This document shows, piece after piece, positions 37,715-49,731 of a stretch of 64,000 bases of DNA. This stretch comes from a bacterium. GTDB lineage: Bacteria; UBA8248; JACPRG01; G963555815. The stretch lies in NCBI GenBank assembly GCA_965218795.1, contig OZ244653.1, forward strand, positions 3,264,001 through 3,328,000. The letters are read 5' to 3'. The notes under the pieces are model-generated. The model was not told where the DNA came from. It worked only from the letters and a program-made list of their open reading frames with translations, and did no database searches. Numbering within the stretch: the stretch's first letter is position 1; every line of letters starts with the position of its first letter. Both the position numbers and the translations under genes were made by a program.

Positions 37715-38002
37715 TCACTTCAAGGCAGCCGAACGCTTCAGCACCCGGCCCGAATGAGACCGAAATGTGCGCGTCGGCGAAAATTCGCCCAATTTGTGTC
37801 CAACCATGTTCTCCGTCACATACACGGGGATAAATTTCTTCCCGTTGTGGACGGCAAACGTAAACCCGACAAACTCGGGAGGGATTGTCGAACGACGGGC
37901 CCAAGTCTTGATCACCTGCTTGTCGCCCGAGGCCTCCATGAACTGCACACGCTTGACGAGCCTCTCGTCGACATAAGGCCCCTTTTTCAGCGACCGGCTC
38001 AC
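37715..38002 (-). CDS. rpsS: 30S ribosomal protein S19
   Basis: RSLKKGPY and [11 protein letters not shown] motifs. Confidence 0.98.
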   Translation of the reverse strand: MSRSLKKGPYVDERLVKRVQFMEASGDKQVIKTWARRSTIPPEFVGFTFAVHNGKKFIPVYVTENMVGHKLGEFSPTRTFRSHSGRVLKRSAALK

Positions 38003-38023
38003 TCTTCGCCCCTCCGTCCTTCC

Positions 38024-38851
38024 TTATTTGTTGCGCCTTCGGATAATGTAGCGCCCCGAAAGTTTCCCCTTTTTTCTTGTTTTGTAGCCCTTGGTGGGCT
38101 TCCCCCACGGCGTCGTCGGGTTCCGTCCGCCCGAGGACTTTCCCTCACCGCCTCCCATGGGATGATCAATGGGGTTCATAGCCACGCCGCGAACCTTCGG
38201 GCGCCGTCCGAGCCAACGCGAACGACCCGCTTTCCCCAAGGAGATATTTTCGTGATTAAGGTTTCCCAGCTGCCCCACGGTTGCACGGCAGGAAACGGGG
38301 ACCATTCGCTGCTCTCCCGACGGGAGACGGACCTGAGCGTATTTTCCCTCTTTCGCCATCAACTGGGCCTGGGTCCCCGCGCTGCGAACGAGCTGTCCGC
38401 CCTTACCGGGTTTCAGCTCGATGTTGTGAATCATGGTTCCGAGAGGAATGTCGGACAGGACCAAGGTATTTCCGGGCCGAACCTCCGCCCCCTTCCCCGA
38501 CATGACCGTGAAGCCCACACGGAGCTTCACGGGCGACAGAATGTACCGTTTGTCTCCGTCCGCGTACCGGACCATGGCGATCCTCGCCGAACGACCCGGA
38601 TCGTACTCGATGGAATCAACAATACCGGGGACTCCGTCCTTGGTCCGACGAAAATCCACCAGACGGTAACGCCTCTTGTGACCGCCCCCCCGGCGACGCA
38701 TGGTCATTCGCCCATGCGCGTTCCGTCCGCCAGACTTTGGAGCGGGCTGAAGCAGTGCCTTTTGAGGAGTGCCGCGGGTGAGCTCCTCGAAGTCCGAAGC
38801 CGTCTGATGGCGACGGCCGGGCGATGTCGGATTGAACTTCTTGATTCCCAT
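38024..38851 (-). CDS. rplB: 50S ribosomal protein L2
   Basis: IEYDPGRSA and [13 protein letters not shown] motifs; start at ATG 38851. Confidence 0.98.
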   Translation of the reverse strand: MGIKKFNPTSPGRRHQTASDFEELTRGTPQKALLQPAPKSGGRNAHGRMTMRRRGGGHKRRYRLVDFRRTKDGVPGIVDSIEYDPGRSARIAMVRYADGDKRYILSPVKLRVGFTVMSGKGAEVRPGNTLVLSDIPLGTMIHNIELKPGKGGQLVRSAGTQAQLMAKEGKYAQVRLPSGEQRMVPVSCRATVGQLGNLNHENISLGKAGRSRWLGRRPKVRGVAMNPIDHPMGGGEGKSSGGRNPTTPWGKPTKGYKTRKKGKLSGRYIIRRRNK

Positions 38852-38877
38852 GTTCTCAGGCTCCCCCTCCGGGCGAC

Positions 38878-39171
38878 CTAGACGTTGTCGAACAGGGCGA
38901 TTCGATCGCCCTCTCGGAGGGTGACGATAGCTTTCTTCCAATCGGGCCGGCGGCCCTTCCTGAAACCGAGACGCTTGACCTTGCCATGGTTGTTCATCGT
39001 CCGCACTTCGAGGACGTGAACACCGAAAACTTCCTCCACAGCCTGCTTGATCTCCAACTTGTTGACATCCCGCCGGACGACGAAGGTGAACTTGTTCGAT
39101 TCTTCATTGGCCATCGTGCTCTTTTCCGTCACCACCGGCGCTCGAACAATTTCCCGGAGATCTTTCTTCAA
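38878..39171 (-). CDS. rplW: 50S ribosomal protein L23
   Basis: PVVTEKS and WKKAIVTL motifs. Confidence 0.97.
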   Translation of the reverse strand: MKKDLREIVRAPVVTEKSTMANEESNKFTFVVRRDVNKLEIKQAVEEVFGVHVLEVRTMNNHGKVKRLGFRKGRRPDWKKAIVTLREGDRIALFDNV

Positions 39172-39923
39172 TCTTCACCCTCCTCACCGGGTGCATCACC
39201 CGAAGCGGGAGCGGCAGAATCGGATCCATCCGCTTGCGGAGCGACCTCCTCCGCAGGGGGCGTCTCGCCGGACGGAATCTCGGAAGCGCCTCCGGACGGC
39301 GGCCTGAACCGCTGCTGGACGGCCTCGACTCCATCCCGGGAGATCAGGAGAACGTTTGCCCGTTCCACATCGTAGACGTTCACCCCGATGGCCGGCAGGC
39401 TTTTCGTCTGCTGCAGGTTCCAACTGGCGCGTCTCAACTCGGGGTCCGGCCCTGCCGTTACGCAGAGCACCTGACCCTCAAGCTCCAGATTGCCCAGCAG
39501 CCTTCGCATTTCCGACGTCTCGGGTTGGGGCAGCTGGAGAGAGCTCACGACTTTGACGTTCCCTTCCAGAATCTTCCGGTTCAGCGCGGAAACCAAGGCC
39601 GCTTGACGAACCTTCTTCGGAGGGCGGAATCCATAGTTTCTCGGCTTGGGCGGAAAAATGACTCCACCGTGCCTCCACAGGGGAGACTGCCTTCGGCCCG
39701 CACGGGCCCGGCCCGTTCCTTTTTGACGCCAGGGCTTGGATCGGCTCCCTTTCACTTCACTTCGCGTCTTGGCCGATGAACTTCCCGCCCTTCGAGTCGC
39801 CAATTGCATCACAACCACCTCATGGATCAGATGCTCCCGGACCCGTCCATCGAAGATGGCGTCATCCAGGGCAACCTCGCCCACGAGCTCATTCTGCTGA
39901 TTGACCACTTCCAGGACCGGCAA
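39168..39923 (-). CDS. rplD: 50S ribosomal protein L4 (acidic C-terminal tail)
   Basis: KPWRQKGTGRARAG motif. Confidence 0.97.
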   Translation of the reverse strand: MPVLEVVNQQNELVGEVALDDAIFDGRVREHLIHEVVVMQLATRRAGSSSAKTRSEVKGSRSKPWRQKGTGRARAGRRQSPLWRHGGVIFPPKPRNYGFRPPKKVRQAALVSALNRKILEGNVKVVSSLQLPQPETSEMRRLLGNLELEGQVLCVTAGPDPELRRASWNLQQTKSLPAIGVNVYDVERANVLLISRDGVEAVQQRFRPPSGGASEIPSGETPPAEEVAPQADGSDSAAPASGDAPGEEGED

Positions 39924-39926
39924 TGC

Positions 39927-40628
39927 TCAATCCTCTTTCTCTTTGGGTGTCTCGGCTTTTTCGGCAGTCCCGGCGGCAACAGCCTCCGGCGAGCGCGCGG
40001 CGAGACGGATCTCCAAGACCCCTTTTCGCGGGCCCGGCACAGAGCCTTTCAGCAGAATGAGGTTCTGATCCGCCAGCACGCGAACCACATGGAGGTGTCT
40101 CACCGTGACCCGCTCATCCCCCATATGACCCGGCAAAGGGTGACCGGGCACAACGCGGGAAGGGTAGGCGGACGCGCCGATGGAGCCGGGAGAACGGTGG
40201 AACATCGAACCATGCGTGGCCCGACCGCCGCTCCACCCGTGACGCTTCACCCCGCCCTGAAAACCCTTGCCTTTGCTGGTGCCGGTGACATTGACAACGT
40301 CTCCCTGGAAAAAGGTTTCGGCGCTGATGACTTCGCCGACCTGAAATTTTTCGCCATCCTGATCCTCGTCGAGCCGGAATTCCCGGAGGATCCGGGTGGG
40401 AGCGACTCCCGCCGCATCGAAGTGTCCTTTTCGGGGCCGATTCACTCTCTTCTCTCGCTGGGCCTGAAAACCCATCTGGACCGCAACGTAGCCGTCCCGA
40501 TCCTGGGTCTTTCGCTGGACAATCGGACAGGGACCGGCCTCGACAACCGTCACGGGGATGGAATTCCCCTTCTCGTCATAGACCTGGGTCATCCCCAGCT
40601 TTTTGCCCAGAATACAAACTGTCATCAT
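39927..40628 (-). CDS. rplC: 50S ribosomal protein L3
   Basis: GKKLGMTQ and SKGKGFQG motifs. Confidence 0.98.
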   Translation of the reverse strand: MMTVCILGKKLGMTQVYDEKGNSIPVTVVEAGPCPIVQRKTQDRDGYVAVQMGFQAQREKRVNRPRKGHFDAAGVAPTRILREFRLDEDQDGEKFQVGEVISAETFFQGDVVNVTGTSKGKGFQGGVKRHGWSGGRATHGSMFHRSPGSIGASAYPSRVVPGHPLPGHMGDERVTVRHLHVVRVLADQNLILLKGSVPGPRKGVLEIRLAARSPEAVAAGTAEKAETPKEKED

Positions 40629-40638
40629 TCCGACCGCC

Positions 40639-40950
<312 letters not shown>

Positions 40951-40979
40951 CGTTGTGTCCCAGTCGAGGAATCGAGGGG

Positions 40980-42170
40980 TTATTCGGTGATGTCGGTGAT
41001 CACGCCAGCACCCACCGTCCGGCCACCCTCACGAATCGCAAACCGCAACTCCTTCTCCATCGCTATCGGACCGATCAACTCCACGTCCATCGTTATGTTG
41101 TCCCCGGGCATCACCATCTCCACACCAGCGGGCAACGTCACCACACCCGTCACGTCCGTCGTACGAAAATAAAACTGAGGACGGTATCCATTGAAAAACG
41201 GCGTGTGACGACCCCCCTCCGCCTTCGTCAACACATAGGCCTCCGCCCTGAACTTCTTGTGGGGCGTGATCGTACCGGGATGAGCCAACACCTGACCGCG
41301 CTCCACTCCCTCACGCTTCACCCCTCGAAGCAATACACCGATGTTGTCACCCGCCTGGCCCTGGTCCAGAAGCTTCCGGAACATCTCCACCCCTGTCGCA
41401 ACCGTCTTCTCCGTGTCCCGAATCCCGACGATCTCTACCTCCTCGCCCACCTTCACCACACCGCGCTCCACACGACCCGTCACCACCGTGCCTCGACCAC
41501 TGATCGTGAACACATCCTCCACAGGCATCAAAAACGGACGGTCCACGTCCCGAACCGGCTCCGGTATGTAACTGTCGATAGCATCCATCAACTCCAATAT
41601 GCTCTGCGCCGAAGAATCCTCATCAGGATGGTTCAACGCCTGCAAGGCGCTCCCCTGTACCACCGGTATCTCATCCCCAGGAAAATCGTAACTCGACAGC
41701 AACTCACGTACCTCCAACTCCACCAACTCCTTCAACTCCTCGTCGTCCACCATGTCCACCTTGTTCAAATACACCACAATGTAAGGAACGCCCACCTGAC
41801 GAGCCAGCAATATGTGCTCGCGCGTCTGAGGCATCGGGCCGTCCGCAGCGCTCACAACCAATATCGCGCCGTCCATCTGGGCCGCGCCCGTGATCATGTT
41901 CTTCACATAGTCCGCATGACCAGGACAGTCCACGTGAGCATAGTGGCGCTGCGCCGTCTCGTACTCCACGTGAGCCGTCGCTATCGTGATCCCTCGCTCC
42001 CTCTCCTCGGGCGCCTTGTCGATCTCATCGAACGATATGAAATCCGCCCGGCCCTGCTTGGACAACACAAGCGTGATCGCTGCCGTCAGCGTTGTCTTGC
42101 CGTGATCCACGTGGCCTATCGTACCCACGTTCACGTGGGGCTTCGTCCGCTCGAACTTCAACTTGCTCAT
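40980..42170 (-). CDS. tuf: Elongation factor Tu (str-operon copy)
   Basis: [24 protein letters not shown] and NKVD motifs. Confidence 0.99.
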   Translation of the reverse strand: MSKLKFERTKPHVNVGTIGHVDHGKTTLTAAITLVLSKQGRADFISFDEIDKAPEERERGITIATAHVEYETAQRHYAHVDCPGHADYVKNMITGAAQMDGAILVVSAADGPMPQTREHILLARQVGVPYIVVYLNKVDMVDDEELKELVELEVRELLSSYDFPGDEIPVVQGSALQALNHPDEDSSAQSILELMDAIDSYIPEPVRDVDRPFLMPVEDVFTISGRGTVVTGRVERGVVKVGEEVEIVGIRDTEKTVATGVEMFRKLLDQGQAGDNIGVLLRGVKREGVERGQVLAHPGTITPHKKFRAEAYVLTKAEGGRHTPFFNGYRPQFYFRTTDVTGVVTLPAGVEMVMPGDNITMDVELIGPIAMEKELRFAIREGGRTVGAGVITDITE

Positions 42171-42232
42171 AATTGATAATCCTCGAAATCAGTTGCTTAT
42201 TGGAGCCTTGGGCCTATCCGGGCAACGCGGCG

Positions 42233-44338
42233 TTACGTAACCAGCGCCTTACGCGATCCCAAATCCCCCGTTTGGTGAATGATCTCCTCAGCCACCTGGG
42301 CCGGAACTTCCTCATACCCGGCGATCTGCATGGTGTAATGCGCGCGTCCCTGGGTGGCCGATCGAAGATCAGTCGCATAACCGAACATTTCCGCCAGCGG
42401 CGCAAGCGCGGAGACCACGTGAGCGCCCGCTCGTTGAGACATCCCCAGTATCTTTCCGCGACGGGAGGTCAACTCCCCCATCACGTCACCGAGGTATTCC
42501 TCCGGAACGACGACCTCGAGCTTCATGAGGGGCTCGAGAATCACCAAGCCCGCCTTTTTCACCGCCGCCTGAAAGCTCATCGAGCCTGCCACAGAAAAGG
42601 CCAGCTCGGAAGAGTCCACATCGTGATAGGAGCCGTCCAATACCGTCACCTTCAGGTCCACGAGGGGATAACCGGCCAAGACACCCGTCTCGGCGGCTTC
42701 GCGGACCCCTTTTTCCACTGAGGATGCGTATTCCTTCGGGATGGCGCCGCCCACAATGGACCACTCGAATTCGATACCACTTCCCTGATCGAGAGGCTCG
42801 ACGCTGAGTTTCACATCCCCGTATTGCCCGCGACCCCCGGTCTGGCGGACAAACCGCTCCCGCGCCTGTCCCATCTGCCGGATGGTTTCCCGGTAGGAGA
42901 CTCGCGGTTTGGAAACGTTGGCTTCCACCTGAAACTCGCGCAAAAGCCGGTCCACGAGAACTTCGAGATGGAGCTCACCCATCCCGGACATAATGGTCTG
43001 TCCGGTTTCAGGGTCCGTCTGAATACGGAAGGAGGGATCTTCCGCGCCAAGCTTGCCCAATGACTTCGCCAGTTTCTCTTCGTCCGACTTCGTCTTGGGC
43101 TCAACCGCGACGGATATCACAGGTTCGGGGAAATCGATGGATTCCAAAAGGAGGGGGGCATTGGAAGCGGTCAGCGTGTCTCCGGTGGCCGTGTGCTTGA
43201 GACCGAGGAAAGCTACGATATCGCCCGTCCTCGCCTCGTCAATCTCTTCCCGTTTACTGGCGTGCATTCGCAACAAGCGCCCGATGCGCTCATTCCGGCC
43301 CCGGCCTACGTTCCGAACCGATTCACCGGAACGGACGATACCCGAGTACACGCGGCAGAACGAAAGCTGACCCACATACGGGTCCGTCATGATCTTGAAG
43401 ACCAATCCGGAAAACGGCATCTCATCGTCCGGCGTCCGGATTTCCGCCTCCCCCGTCTTCACTTTCTCACCCTGCACCGGCGGAACATCCAAAGGAGAGG
43501 GCATGAAATCGACAACGGCATCCAGCAGGGCCTGGACTCCCTTATTCTTGAACGCCGACCCGCACAGAACGGGGACCCCGTAGGAGGTCACGGCCGCCCG
43601 TCGGATGACAGGGATGAGACGTTCGGCCGGCAAAGTCTCACCCGCCAGGTAGTCCTCCATGATCCCTTCATCCAGATCGGCCAAGGCTTCCAGAAGCGCA
43701 TCCCGATGTTCCGAAGCCTCTTGTTTCAGCTCCGGAGGGACGGGGCCCAAACGGAACGTCGACCCCAGCGCATCCTCGTCGTAAATTCGGGTTTCCCAGC
43801 GAACCAGATCGACGATGCCCTGGAAATTCTCTTCGCTTCCCCAGGGAAGCTGAAGAACGAGCGGCTGGGCCGCAAGCCGATCACGGATTTCCGCCACCAC
43901 TCTGGGGAAGTCGGCGCCGACGCGGTCCATCTTGTTGATAAAGGCAATGCGCGGAACCCCGTATTTCTCCGCCTGCCGCCAAACGGTTTCCGATTGGGGC
44001 TCGACTCCGCCCACCGCGCAGAAGAGGCCGACCGCTCCGTCCAGCACACGAAGGCTTCGCTCCACCTCCATGGTGAAATCCACGTGGCCGGGGGTGTCGA
44101 TCATCTGAATGCAGTGGTCCCGCCATTCGCAGGTGGTGGCGGCCGATGTGATGGTGATGCCGCGCTCTTGTTCCTGAGGCATCCAGTCCATGACGGCAGT
44201 CCCCTCATGGACTTCTCCCAGGCGGTAGGTCCGTCCCGTGTAATAAAGTATCCGTTCGGTCGTCGTCGTCTTACCGGCATCGATGTGGGCCATGATGCCG
44301 ATGTTACGGATTCTCTCGATCGGGACTGTACGGCTCAT
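42233..44338 (-). CDS. fusA: Elongation factor G
   Basis: [25 protein letters not shown] and [10 protein letters not shown] motifs; start at ATG 44338. Confidence 0.98.
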   Translation of the reverse strand: MSRTVPIERIRNIGIMAHIDAGKTTTTERILYYTGRTYRLGEVHEGTAVMDWMPQEQERGITITSAATTCEWRDHCIQMIDTPGHVDFTMEVERSLRVLDGAVGLFCAVGGVEPQSETVWRQAEKYGVPRIAFINKMDRVGADFPRVVAEIRDRLAAQPLVLQLPWGSEENFQGIVDLVRWETRIYDEDALGSTFRLGPVPPELKQEASEHRDALLEALADLDEGIMEDYLAGETLPAERLIPVIRRAAVTSYGVPVLCGSAFKNKGVQALLDAVVDFMPSPLDVPPVQGEKVKTGEAEIRTPDDEMPFSGLVFKIMTDPYVGQLSFCRVYSGIVRSGESVRNVGRGRNERIGRLLRMHASKREEIDEARTGDIVAFLGLKHTATGDTLTASNAPLLLESIDFPEPVISVAVEPKTKSDEEKLAKSLGKLGAEDPSFRIQTDPETGQTIMSGMGELHLEVLVDRLLREFQVEANVSKPRVSYRETIRQMGQARERFVRQTGGRGQYGDVKLSVEPLDQGSGIEFEWSIVGGAIPKEYASSVEKGVREAAETGVLAGYPLVDLKVTVLDGSYHDVDSSELAFSVAGSMSFQAAVKKAGLVILEPLMKLEVVVPEEYLGDVMGELTSRRGKILGMSQRAGAHVVSALAPLAEMFGYATDLRSATQGRAHYTMQIAGYEEVPAQVAEEIIHQTGDLGSRKALVT

Positions 44339-44360
44339 CGACTTGCCTTCATTCCTCGAG

Positions 44361-44831
44361 CTACCAACGGTAATGAGCGAACGCCTTGTTGGCTTCCGCC
44401 ATCCGGTGGGAATCTTCGCGTTTCTTGATGGCGGAACCCTGATGGTTCGAGGCATCCAGGAGCTCGGAGGCCAGTCGTTCCTCCATGGTGCGCTCCTTGC
44501 GTTCCCGCGAAAAGGAAACGATCCATCGTATGCTCAGGGCCGTTCTTCGACTCGGGCGGACTTCCGTCGGTATCTGGTACGTAGACCCGCCCACCCGGCG
44601 CGAGCGGACCTCCAGGTGGGGCTTGACGTTGTCCACCGCTCGCTTGAAAACCTTGAGGGGATTATCCTTGGTCTTCTCTTCGATGATGTCGAAGGCCTTG
44701 TAAAGTATCCCTTCCGCGAGACTCCTCTTACCCTTCCACATAAGACAATTAATGAACCTGGCCACCAGCAGATCCCCGTGCTTGGGATCTGCCATAATCT
44801 CTCGATGGGCTGTCACCTTCCGACGGGGCAT
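44361..44831 (-). CDS. rpsG: 30S ribosomal protein S7
   Basis: [10 protein letters not shown] and [13 protein letters not shown] motifs. Confidence 0.98.
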   Translation of the reverse strand: MPRRKVTAHREIMADPKHGDLLVARFINCLMWKGKRSLAEGILYKAFDIIEEKTKDNPLKVFKRAVDNVKPHLEVRSRRVGGSTYQIPTEVRPSRRTALSIRWIVSFSRERKERTMEERLASELLDASNHQGSAIKKREDSHRMAEANKAFAHYRW

Positions 44832-44990
44832 TGACTCAGGTCCTTACGTACCCTTTCGATGGCCGATTCGTTCCGTCCTGTTGCCGATACCATCCGTTGC
44901 CCGGCCAGAACGTCCTCGCCGCGCGATTTAAGATGATGAACCAACGCCTGCCTGGGAAGATGAAAGGCGCCGGGTCCTCAGGGGGTCGGG

Positions 44991-45362
44991 TTACTTAGGG
45001 CGCTTTGCTCCGTATTTCGACCGTCCTTGCCGACGTCCGTCCACTCCAATGGTGTCGAGAGTGCCTCGGACCACGTGATACCGGACACCCGGAAGGTCTT
45101 TGACCCTTCCACCCCTGATCAGGACGATGGCGTGCTCTTGCAAGTTGTGGCCTACGCCGGGGATGTAAGTGGTTACCTCCATCCCGTTGGTCAGCCGAAC
45201 CCGCGTCACTTTCCGAAGCGCCGAATTAGGCTTCTTGGGGGTTGAGGTATACACCCGAAGACAGACCCCTCGACGCTGCGGACAGCACCGCAAGGCAGGG
45301 CTTTTTGTCTTCGATTTCGGTTTACGCCGTCCTTTACGCACCAACTGACTAATGGTCGGCAC
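44991..45362 (-). CDS. rpsL: 30S ribosomal protein S12
   Basis: [21 protein letters not shown] and DLPGVRY motifs; GTG start. Confidence 0.98.
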   Translation of the reverse strand: MPTISQLVRKGRRKPKSKTKSPALRCCPQRRGVCLRVYTSTPKKPNSALRKVTRVRLTNGMEVTTYIPGVGHNLQEHAIVLIRGGRVKDLPGVRYHVVRGTLDTIGVDGRRQGRSKYGAKRPK

Positions 45363-45466
45363 AGAATTCGCCCCCAAAAGAAAGTAATCCGGCCGCATGA
45401 GTCGAACCACACGGCCGGTCCATATATCAAGAAAGCCTATCTAATCTAGCGCTTTCGGCTGAATTG

Positions 45467-48400
45467 TCAAGGCTTTTTCAAGCCGAACGACAGCTCCTCG
45501 TCTTGTATCGCTCCCGCTTTTTCGGCTTTCGATCCGATTTTCGCAGCCTCGGCGACTGGCAGGGCGGGGATGACCACTTTGCCCTCTTCTTCTACGACCA
45601 CGCCGGAAGCCTCCGCCCGAGGCTCAGGCATTTGCGTGTTCAATTCCAGCTGCTGATACCGCCGGGCCCCGGTTCCGGCGGGAATGAGCCGGCCCATAAT
45701 GACATTTTCCTTCAGGCCCCTGAGGCGATCCACCATACCACTTACGCTGGCTTGCGTCAGAACCCGGGTCGTCTCTTGGAAAGAAGCAGCCGATATGAAG
45801 CTCGGCGTGCTGAGGGAAGACCGTGTGATACCAAGGAGAATCGGTTTTGCCGTCGCAGGCTTTCCTTTTTCAGTCTCCACCTCTTTGTTCTTGGCGTTGA
45901 ATATATGTTTCGTCACCTGTTCGCCAACCAGGAAGTCGGTATCGCCTGGATCCTCGATAACCAATCGGCGAAGCATCTGTCGGACGATCACCTCGATATG
46001 CTTGTCGTTGATGGTGACTCCTTGAAGACGATAGACCTCCTGAATTTCATTGACAAGATACTTTTGTAGTTCCTTCTCCCCCAGAACATCCAGGATATCG
46101 TGGGGATTGACTGCTCCGTCCATCAGCGGTTCGCCGGCTTGGACAGAGTCCCCTTCGTGGACATTCACGTGCTTGCCCCTGGGGATCAGGTATTCGTGCT
46201 CTTCACCGGCGTCGGTGACGACGAGAACGCGCCGCATCCCGCGGACGAAACCCCCGAATCGGACCTCGCCGTCGACTTGGCTGATGATGGCCTGCTCCTT
46301 CGGTTTTCGGGCTTCGAACAACTCCGCCACCCGGGGGAGACCGCCCGTGATGTCTTTGGTCTTCGTTGTTTCCCGCGGAATCTTCGCCAGGACCTCGCCG
46401 GAATCGACCACCGCACCCTCTGTGACCATCACGCGGGCGGCCGTGGGAAGCAGGTATCGGGCGGTGGTCTTTCCATCGGCATCCTTGATGGAGATCCGAG
46501 GCTGGAGCTTTTCCTCCGCATGCTCGAGGATGACCTTCTGAGAAAGTCCGGTCACCTCATCCAGTTCTTCCTTCACGGTGACACCTTCTATCAAATCACC
46601 GAAGGCGATTCGGCCGCTTTGCTCGGTGAGGATGGAAAACGTATAGGGATCCCATTCGACCAGCTTGTCGCCCGGGCTGACTCGCTGGCCGTCGCGCACC
46701 TTGATCTTGGCGCCGTACACCACCCGATAGTGTTCGCGTTCCCAGCCCTGCTCATCCTGGATGACCAGACTTCCGTTCCGGTTCATGACGATCGTGTCGC
46801 CCTCATTATTGGTAACGGTCCGGAGATTCTGGTATCGGAGAACGCCGCCTCGCTTTGTTTCCAGCGTGGTCTGCATGGCCACCCGGCTCGCGGTTCCACC
46901 GATATGGAAGGTTCTCATGGTGAGCTGGGTGCCGGGCTCACCGATGGACTGAGCCGCAATCACGCCGACCGCCTCACCCATTTCGATGGGCAATCCCGTG
47001 GCGAGGTTCCTGCCGTAGCACAAGCGGCAGATCCCGCTGACGGTCTCGCACGACAACGCCGATCGGATGGTAATTTTCTCAATACCTGCGTTTTCAATCC
47101 GGTCCACAGCGCTTTCATCAATTTCTTCCCCGGCCTTGACCAGGACTTCGCCGCGAACGGGGTCCTTGACTTCCTGCAGGGCAACCCGTCCCAGGATGCG
47201 GTCGCCCAGGGTCTGGATGACCTCACCGCTCTCCACCAAGGATGTCACTTCAATACCGTTCGGCGTTCCGCAGTCATCCGTGGTGATGATGACGTCCTGG
47301 GCGACGTCGACCAGACGCCGGGTGAGGTACCCCGAGTTCGCGGTTTTCAAGGCCGTATCGGCCAAGCCCTTCCGGGCTCCGTGAGTCGAGATGAAGTACT
47401 GAAGCACGGTCAACCCTTCACGGAAGTTGGCCGTGATGGGGGTTTCGATGATCTCTCCGGATGGCTTCGCCATCAACCCGCGCATCCCTGCCAGCTGCCG
47501 GATCTGCTGCGTGCTTCCCCGCGCTCCGGAATCGGCCATGATGAAGATAGGGTTGAACCGGCTTTCCCGCCCGTTGCCGGCCGAAATCGGACCGGTGGAT
47601 TCGCCGGACATGACCCACTCATCTTCGGCCTGCAAGTCGCTGAACATCTCGTCGGAAATGTTCTCCGTCACGTGGGCCCAGATATCGATCACCTTGTTGT
47701 AGCGCTCTCCATCGGTGATCAATCCGTCCCGGTATTCGCCCTCGACCTTGGTCACTTCGCGTCGGGCCTTTTCTACGATATCGGATTTCGCCTCGGGGAC
47801 GTGCATGTCATCCATACCGATGGACACGCCCGCCAAGGTGGCATAGCCGAACCCGGCGTCTTTGAGGTCGTCCAAAAACCGAACGGTCGCGTCCTTACCC
47901 ATGCGCTTGTGCGTTTGGGCGACCAGGTTGGTGAGCGCCTTTTTGTCCATGACGCGGTTCACGCCTTCGAACGGCATGCCTTGAGGCAGAATTTCATAGA
48001 GCAGCACACGTCCTGTGGTGGTCAGATGCAGTTTGCCTTCCAACCGCACCCGGATGCGGGCCTGCAGGCCCACCTCCTTCTGGTCATAGGCCACTCGGAC
48101 TTCTTCCGGGCTAGAACACACACGGTTCTCACCAATGGCGCCGGCACGGGGCTTGGTCATGTAATAACAGCCCAGAATGATGTCCTGGCTGGGCACCGCA
48201 AGTGGAGATCCGCTGGCGGGCGACAGGATATTATTGGTGGACATCATGAGAACCTTGGCTTCCATCTGGGCCTCGATCGACAATGGCACGTGAACAGCCA
48301 TCTGGTCACCGTCGAAATCGGCGTTGAAGGCCGCGCAGACCAGCGGATGGATCCGAATGGCCTTCCCTTCGACCAGGACCGGATCAAAGGCCTGAATGCC

Positions 48401-49699
48401 GAGACGGTGAAGGGTCGGCGCACGGTTCAACATGACCGGGTGATTGTTGATGACCTCGTCCAGGGCATCCCAAACTTCGGGGACTTCCCGTTCCACAAGC
48501 TTCTTGGCGCTCTTGATGGTGGTTACGAACCCCTTTTCCTCCAACTGGTTGTAAATAAAAGGCTTGAAGAGCTCAAGCGCCATCTTCTTGGGAAGACCGC
48601 ACTGGTTGAGCTTGAGCTCGGGCCCGACGACGATGACCGAGCGCCCAGAGTAGTCCACCCGCTTGCCCAGCAGGTTTTGTCGAAAACGTCCCTGCTTGCC
48701 TTTGATCATGTCGCTCAGCGACTTGAGAGGCCGTTTGTTCGGGCCCAGCAGAATCCGGCCCCGGCGCCCGTTGTCGAACAACGCATCCACGGCCTCCTGG
48801 AGCATACGCTTTTCGTTTCGGATGATGATGTCCGGAGCGCGGAGCTCTTGCAGACGCATCAGCCGGTTGTTCCGATTGATGACGCGCCGGTACAGGTCGT
48901 TGAGGTCGGAGGTTGCGAACCGTCCGCCGTCCAGCGGGACGAGGGGGCGCAATTCGGGCGGGATCACGGGGATTACGGTCAGGATCATCCATTCCGGCCG
49001 GTTCCCGGACTTGCGGAAGGCCTCGACGACCTTGAGCCGCTTGATGCATTTTTTCCGCTTCTGAACGCTACCGGATTCCCGAATCTCGGTCTTGAGCTCG
49101 ACGCTGAGGGTATCCAAATCCAGGGCCGTCAGCAGTTCACGAATGGCCTCCGCGCCCATGTCGGCCCGTAATCCGGAAGCCTCGAATTCAATGATCAGTT
49201 CCTGATACCGATCTTCCGAGAGCAACTCGCCCACCTTCACGGGAGCGTCGCCCGGCTCAATGACGACGTAATTCTCAAAGTAGAGGATGCGCTCCAAGTC
49301 GCGGAGGGGCATGTCCAGGAGATTTCCGATGCGGCTGGGAAGCCCCTTGAAAAACCACACATGGGAGACCGGGCAAGCCAGTTGAATATGCCCCATCCGA
49401 TCGCGCCGAACCTTCGACAAGGTCACCTCGACGCCGCATTTCTCGCAAACGATTCCACGAAACTTCATGCGCTTGTACTTGCCGCACAGACACTCCCAGT
49501 CCTTGACAGGGCCGAAGAGCCGGGCGCAGAACAAGCCGTCCCGTTCCGGTTTGAAGGTCCGGTAATTGATCGTCTCCGGCTTTTTCACTTCGCCCGAGGA
49601 CCAGGAGAGAATCTTTTCGGGCGAGGCGACTTTGATCCGGATGGCATCAAAATCGATTGGATCTTTGGGCTTTTCGAACAGGTTGAGAATGCTGTCCAA
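45467..49699 (-). CDS. rpoC: RNA polymerase beta' subunit
   Basis: [12 protein letters not shown] and the N-terminal Zn finger CLCGKYK...CEKC. Confidence 0.99.
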   Translation of the reverse strand: MDSILNLFEKPKDPIDFDAIRIKVASPEKILSWSSGEVKKPETINYRTFKPERDGLFCARLFGPVKDWECLCGKYKRMKFRGIVCEKCGVEVTLSKVRRDRMGHIQLACPVSHVWFFKGLPSRIGNLLDMPLRDLERILYFENYVVIEPGDAPVKVGELLSEDRYQELIIEFEASGLRADMGAEAIRELLTALDLDTLSVELKTEIRESGSVQKRKKCIKRLKVVEAFRKSGNRPEWMILTVIPVIPPELRPLVPLDGGRFATSDLNDLYRRVINRNNRLMRLQELRAPDIIIRNEKRMLQEAVDALFDNGRRGRILLGPNKRPLKSLSDMIKGKQGRFRQNLLGKRVDYSGRSVIVVGPELKLNQCGLPKKMALELFKPFIYNQLEEKGFVTTIKSAKKLVEREVPEVWDALDEVINNHPVMLNRAPTLHRLGIQAFDPVLVEGKAIRIHPLVCAAFNADFDGDQMAVHVPLSIEAQMEAKVLMMSTNNILSPASGSPLAVPSQDIILGCYYMTKPRAGAIGENRVCSSPEEVRVAYDQKEVGLQARIRVRLEGKLHLTTTGRVLLYEILPQGMPFEGVNRVMDKKALTNLVAQTHKRMGKDATVRFLDDLKDAGFGYATLAGVSIGMDDMHVPEAKSDIVEKARREVTKVEGEYRDGLITDGERYNKVIDIWAHVTENISDEMFSDLQAEDEWVMSGESTGPISAGNGRESRFNPIFIMADSGARGSTQQIRQLAGMRGLMAKPSGEIIETPITANFREGLTVLQYFISTHGARKGLADTALKTANSGYLTRRLVDVAQDVIITTDDCGTPNGIEVTSLVESGEVIQTLGDRILGRVALQEVKDPVRGEVLVKAGEEIDESAVDRIENAGIEKITIRSALSCETVSGICRLCYGRNLATGLPIEMGEAVGVIAAQSIGEPGTQLTMRTFHIGGTASRVAMQTTLETKRGGVLRYQNLRTVTNNEGDTIVMNRNGSLVIQDEQGWEREHYRVVYGAKIKVRDGQRVSPGDKLVEWDPYTFSILTEQSGRIAFGDLIEGVTVKEELDEVTGLSQKVILEHAEEKLQPRISIKDADGKTTARYLLPTAARVMVTEGAVVDSGEVLAKIPRETTKTKDITGGLPRVAELFEARKPKEQAIISQVDGEVRFGGFVRGMRRVLVVTDAGEEHEYLIPRGKHVNVHEGDSVQAGEPLMDGAVNPHDILDVLGEKELQKYLVNEIQEVYRLQGVTINDKHIEVIVRQMLRRLVIEDPGDTDFLVGEQVTKHIFNAKNKEVETEKGKPATAKPILLGITRSSLSTPSFISAASFQETTRVLTQASVSGMVDRLRGLKENVIMGRLIPAGTGARRYQQLELNTQMPEPRAEASGVVVEEEGKVVIPALPVAEAAKIGSKAEKAGAIQDEELSFGLKKP

Positions 49700-49731
49700 T
49701 TCGTCCTCCTTTGGACCTTTGGGTTCTGGGC

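Noticed and set aside
42233-44338. Possibly specialised EF-G (RTYRLGEV variant)
   Set aside because: GTPase and domain IV motifs ([14 protein letters not shown]) are conserved, so it reads as a normal fusA.
46100-49171. 1023-aa plus-strand ORF and other long antisense ORFs (e.g. 3386-4885, 37400-38881, 50320-52203, 57363-58697)
   Set aside because: They are shadows of well-identified genes caused by GC-rich codon bias and have no motifs of their own.
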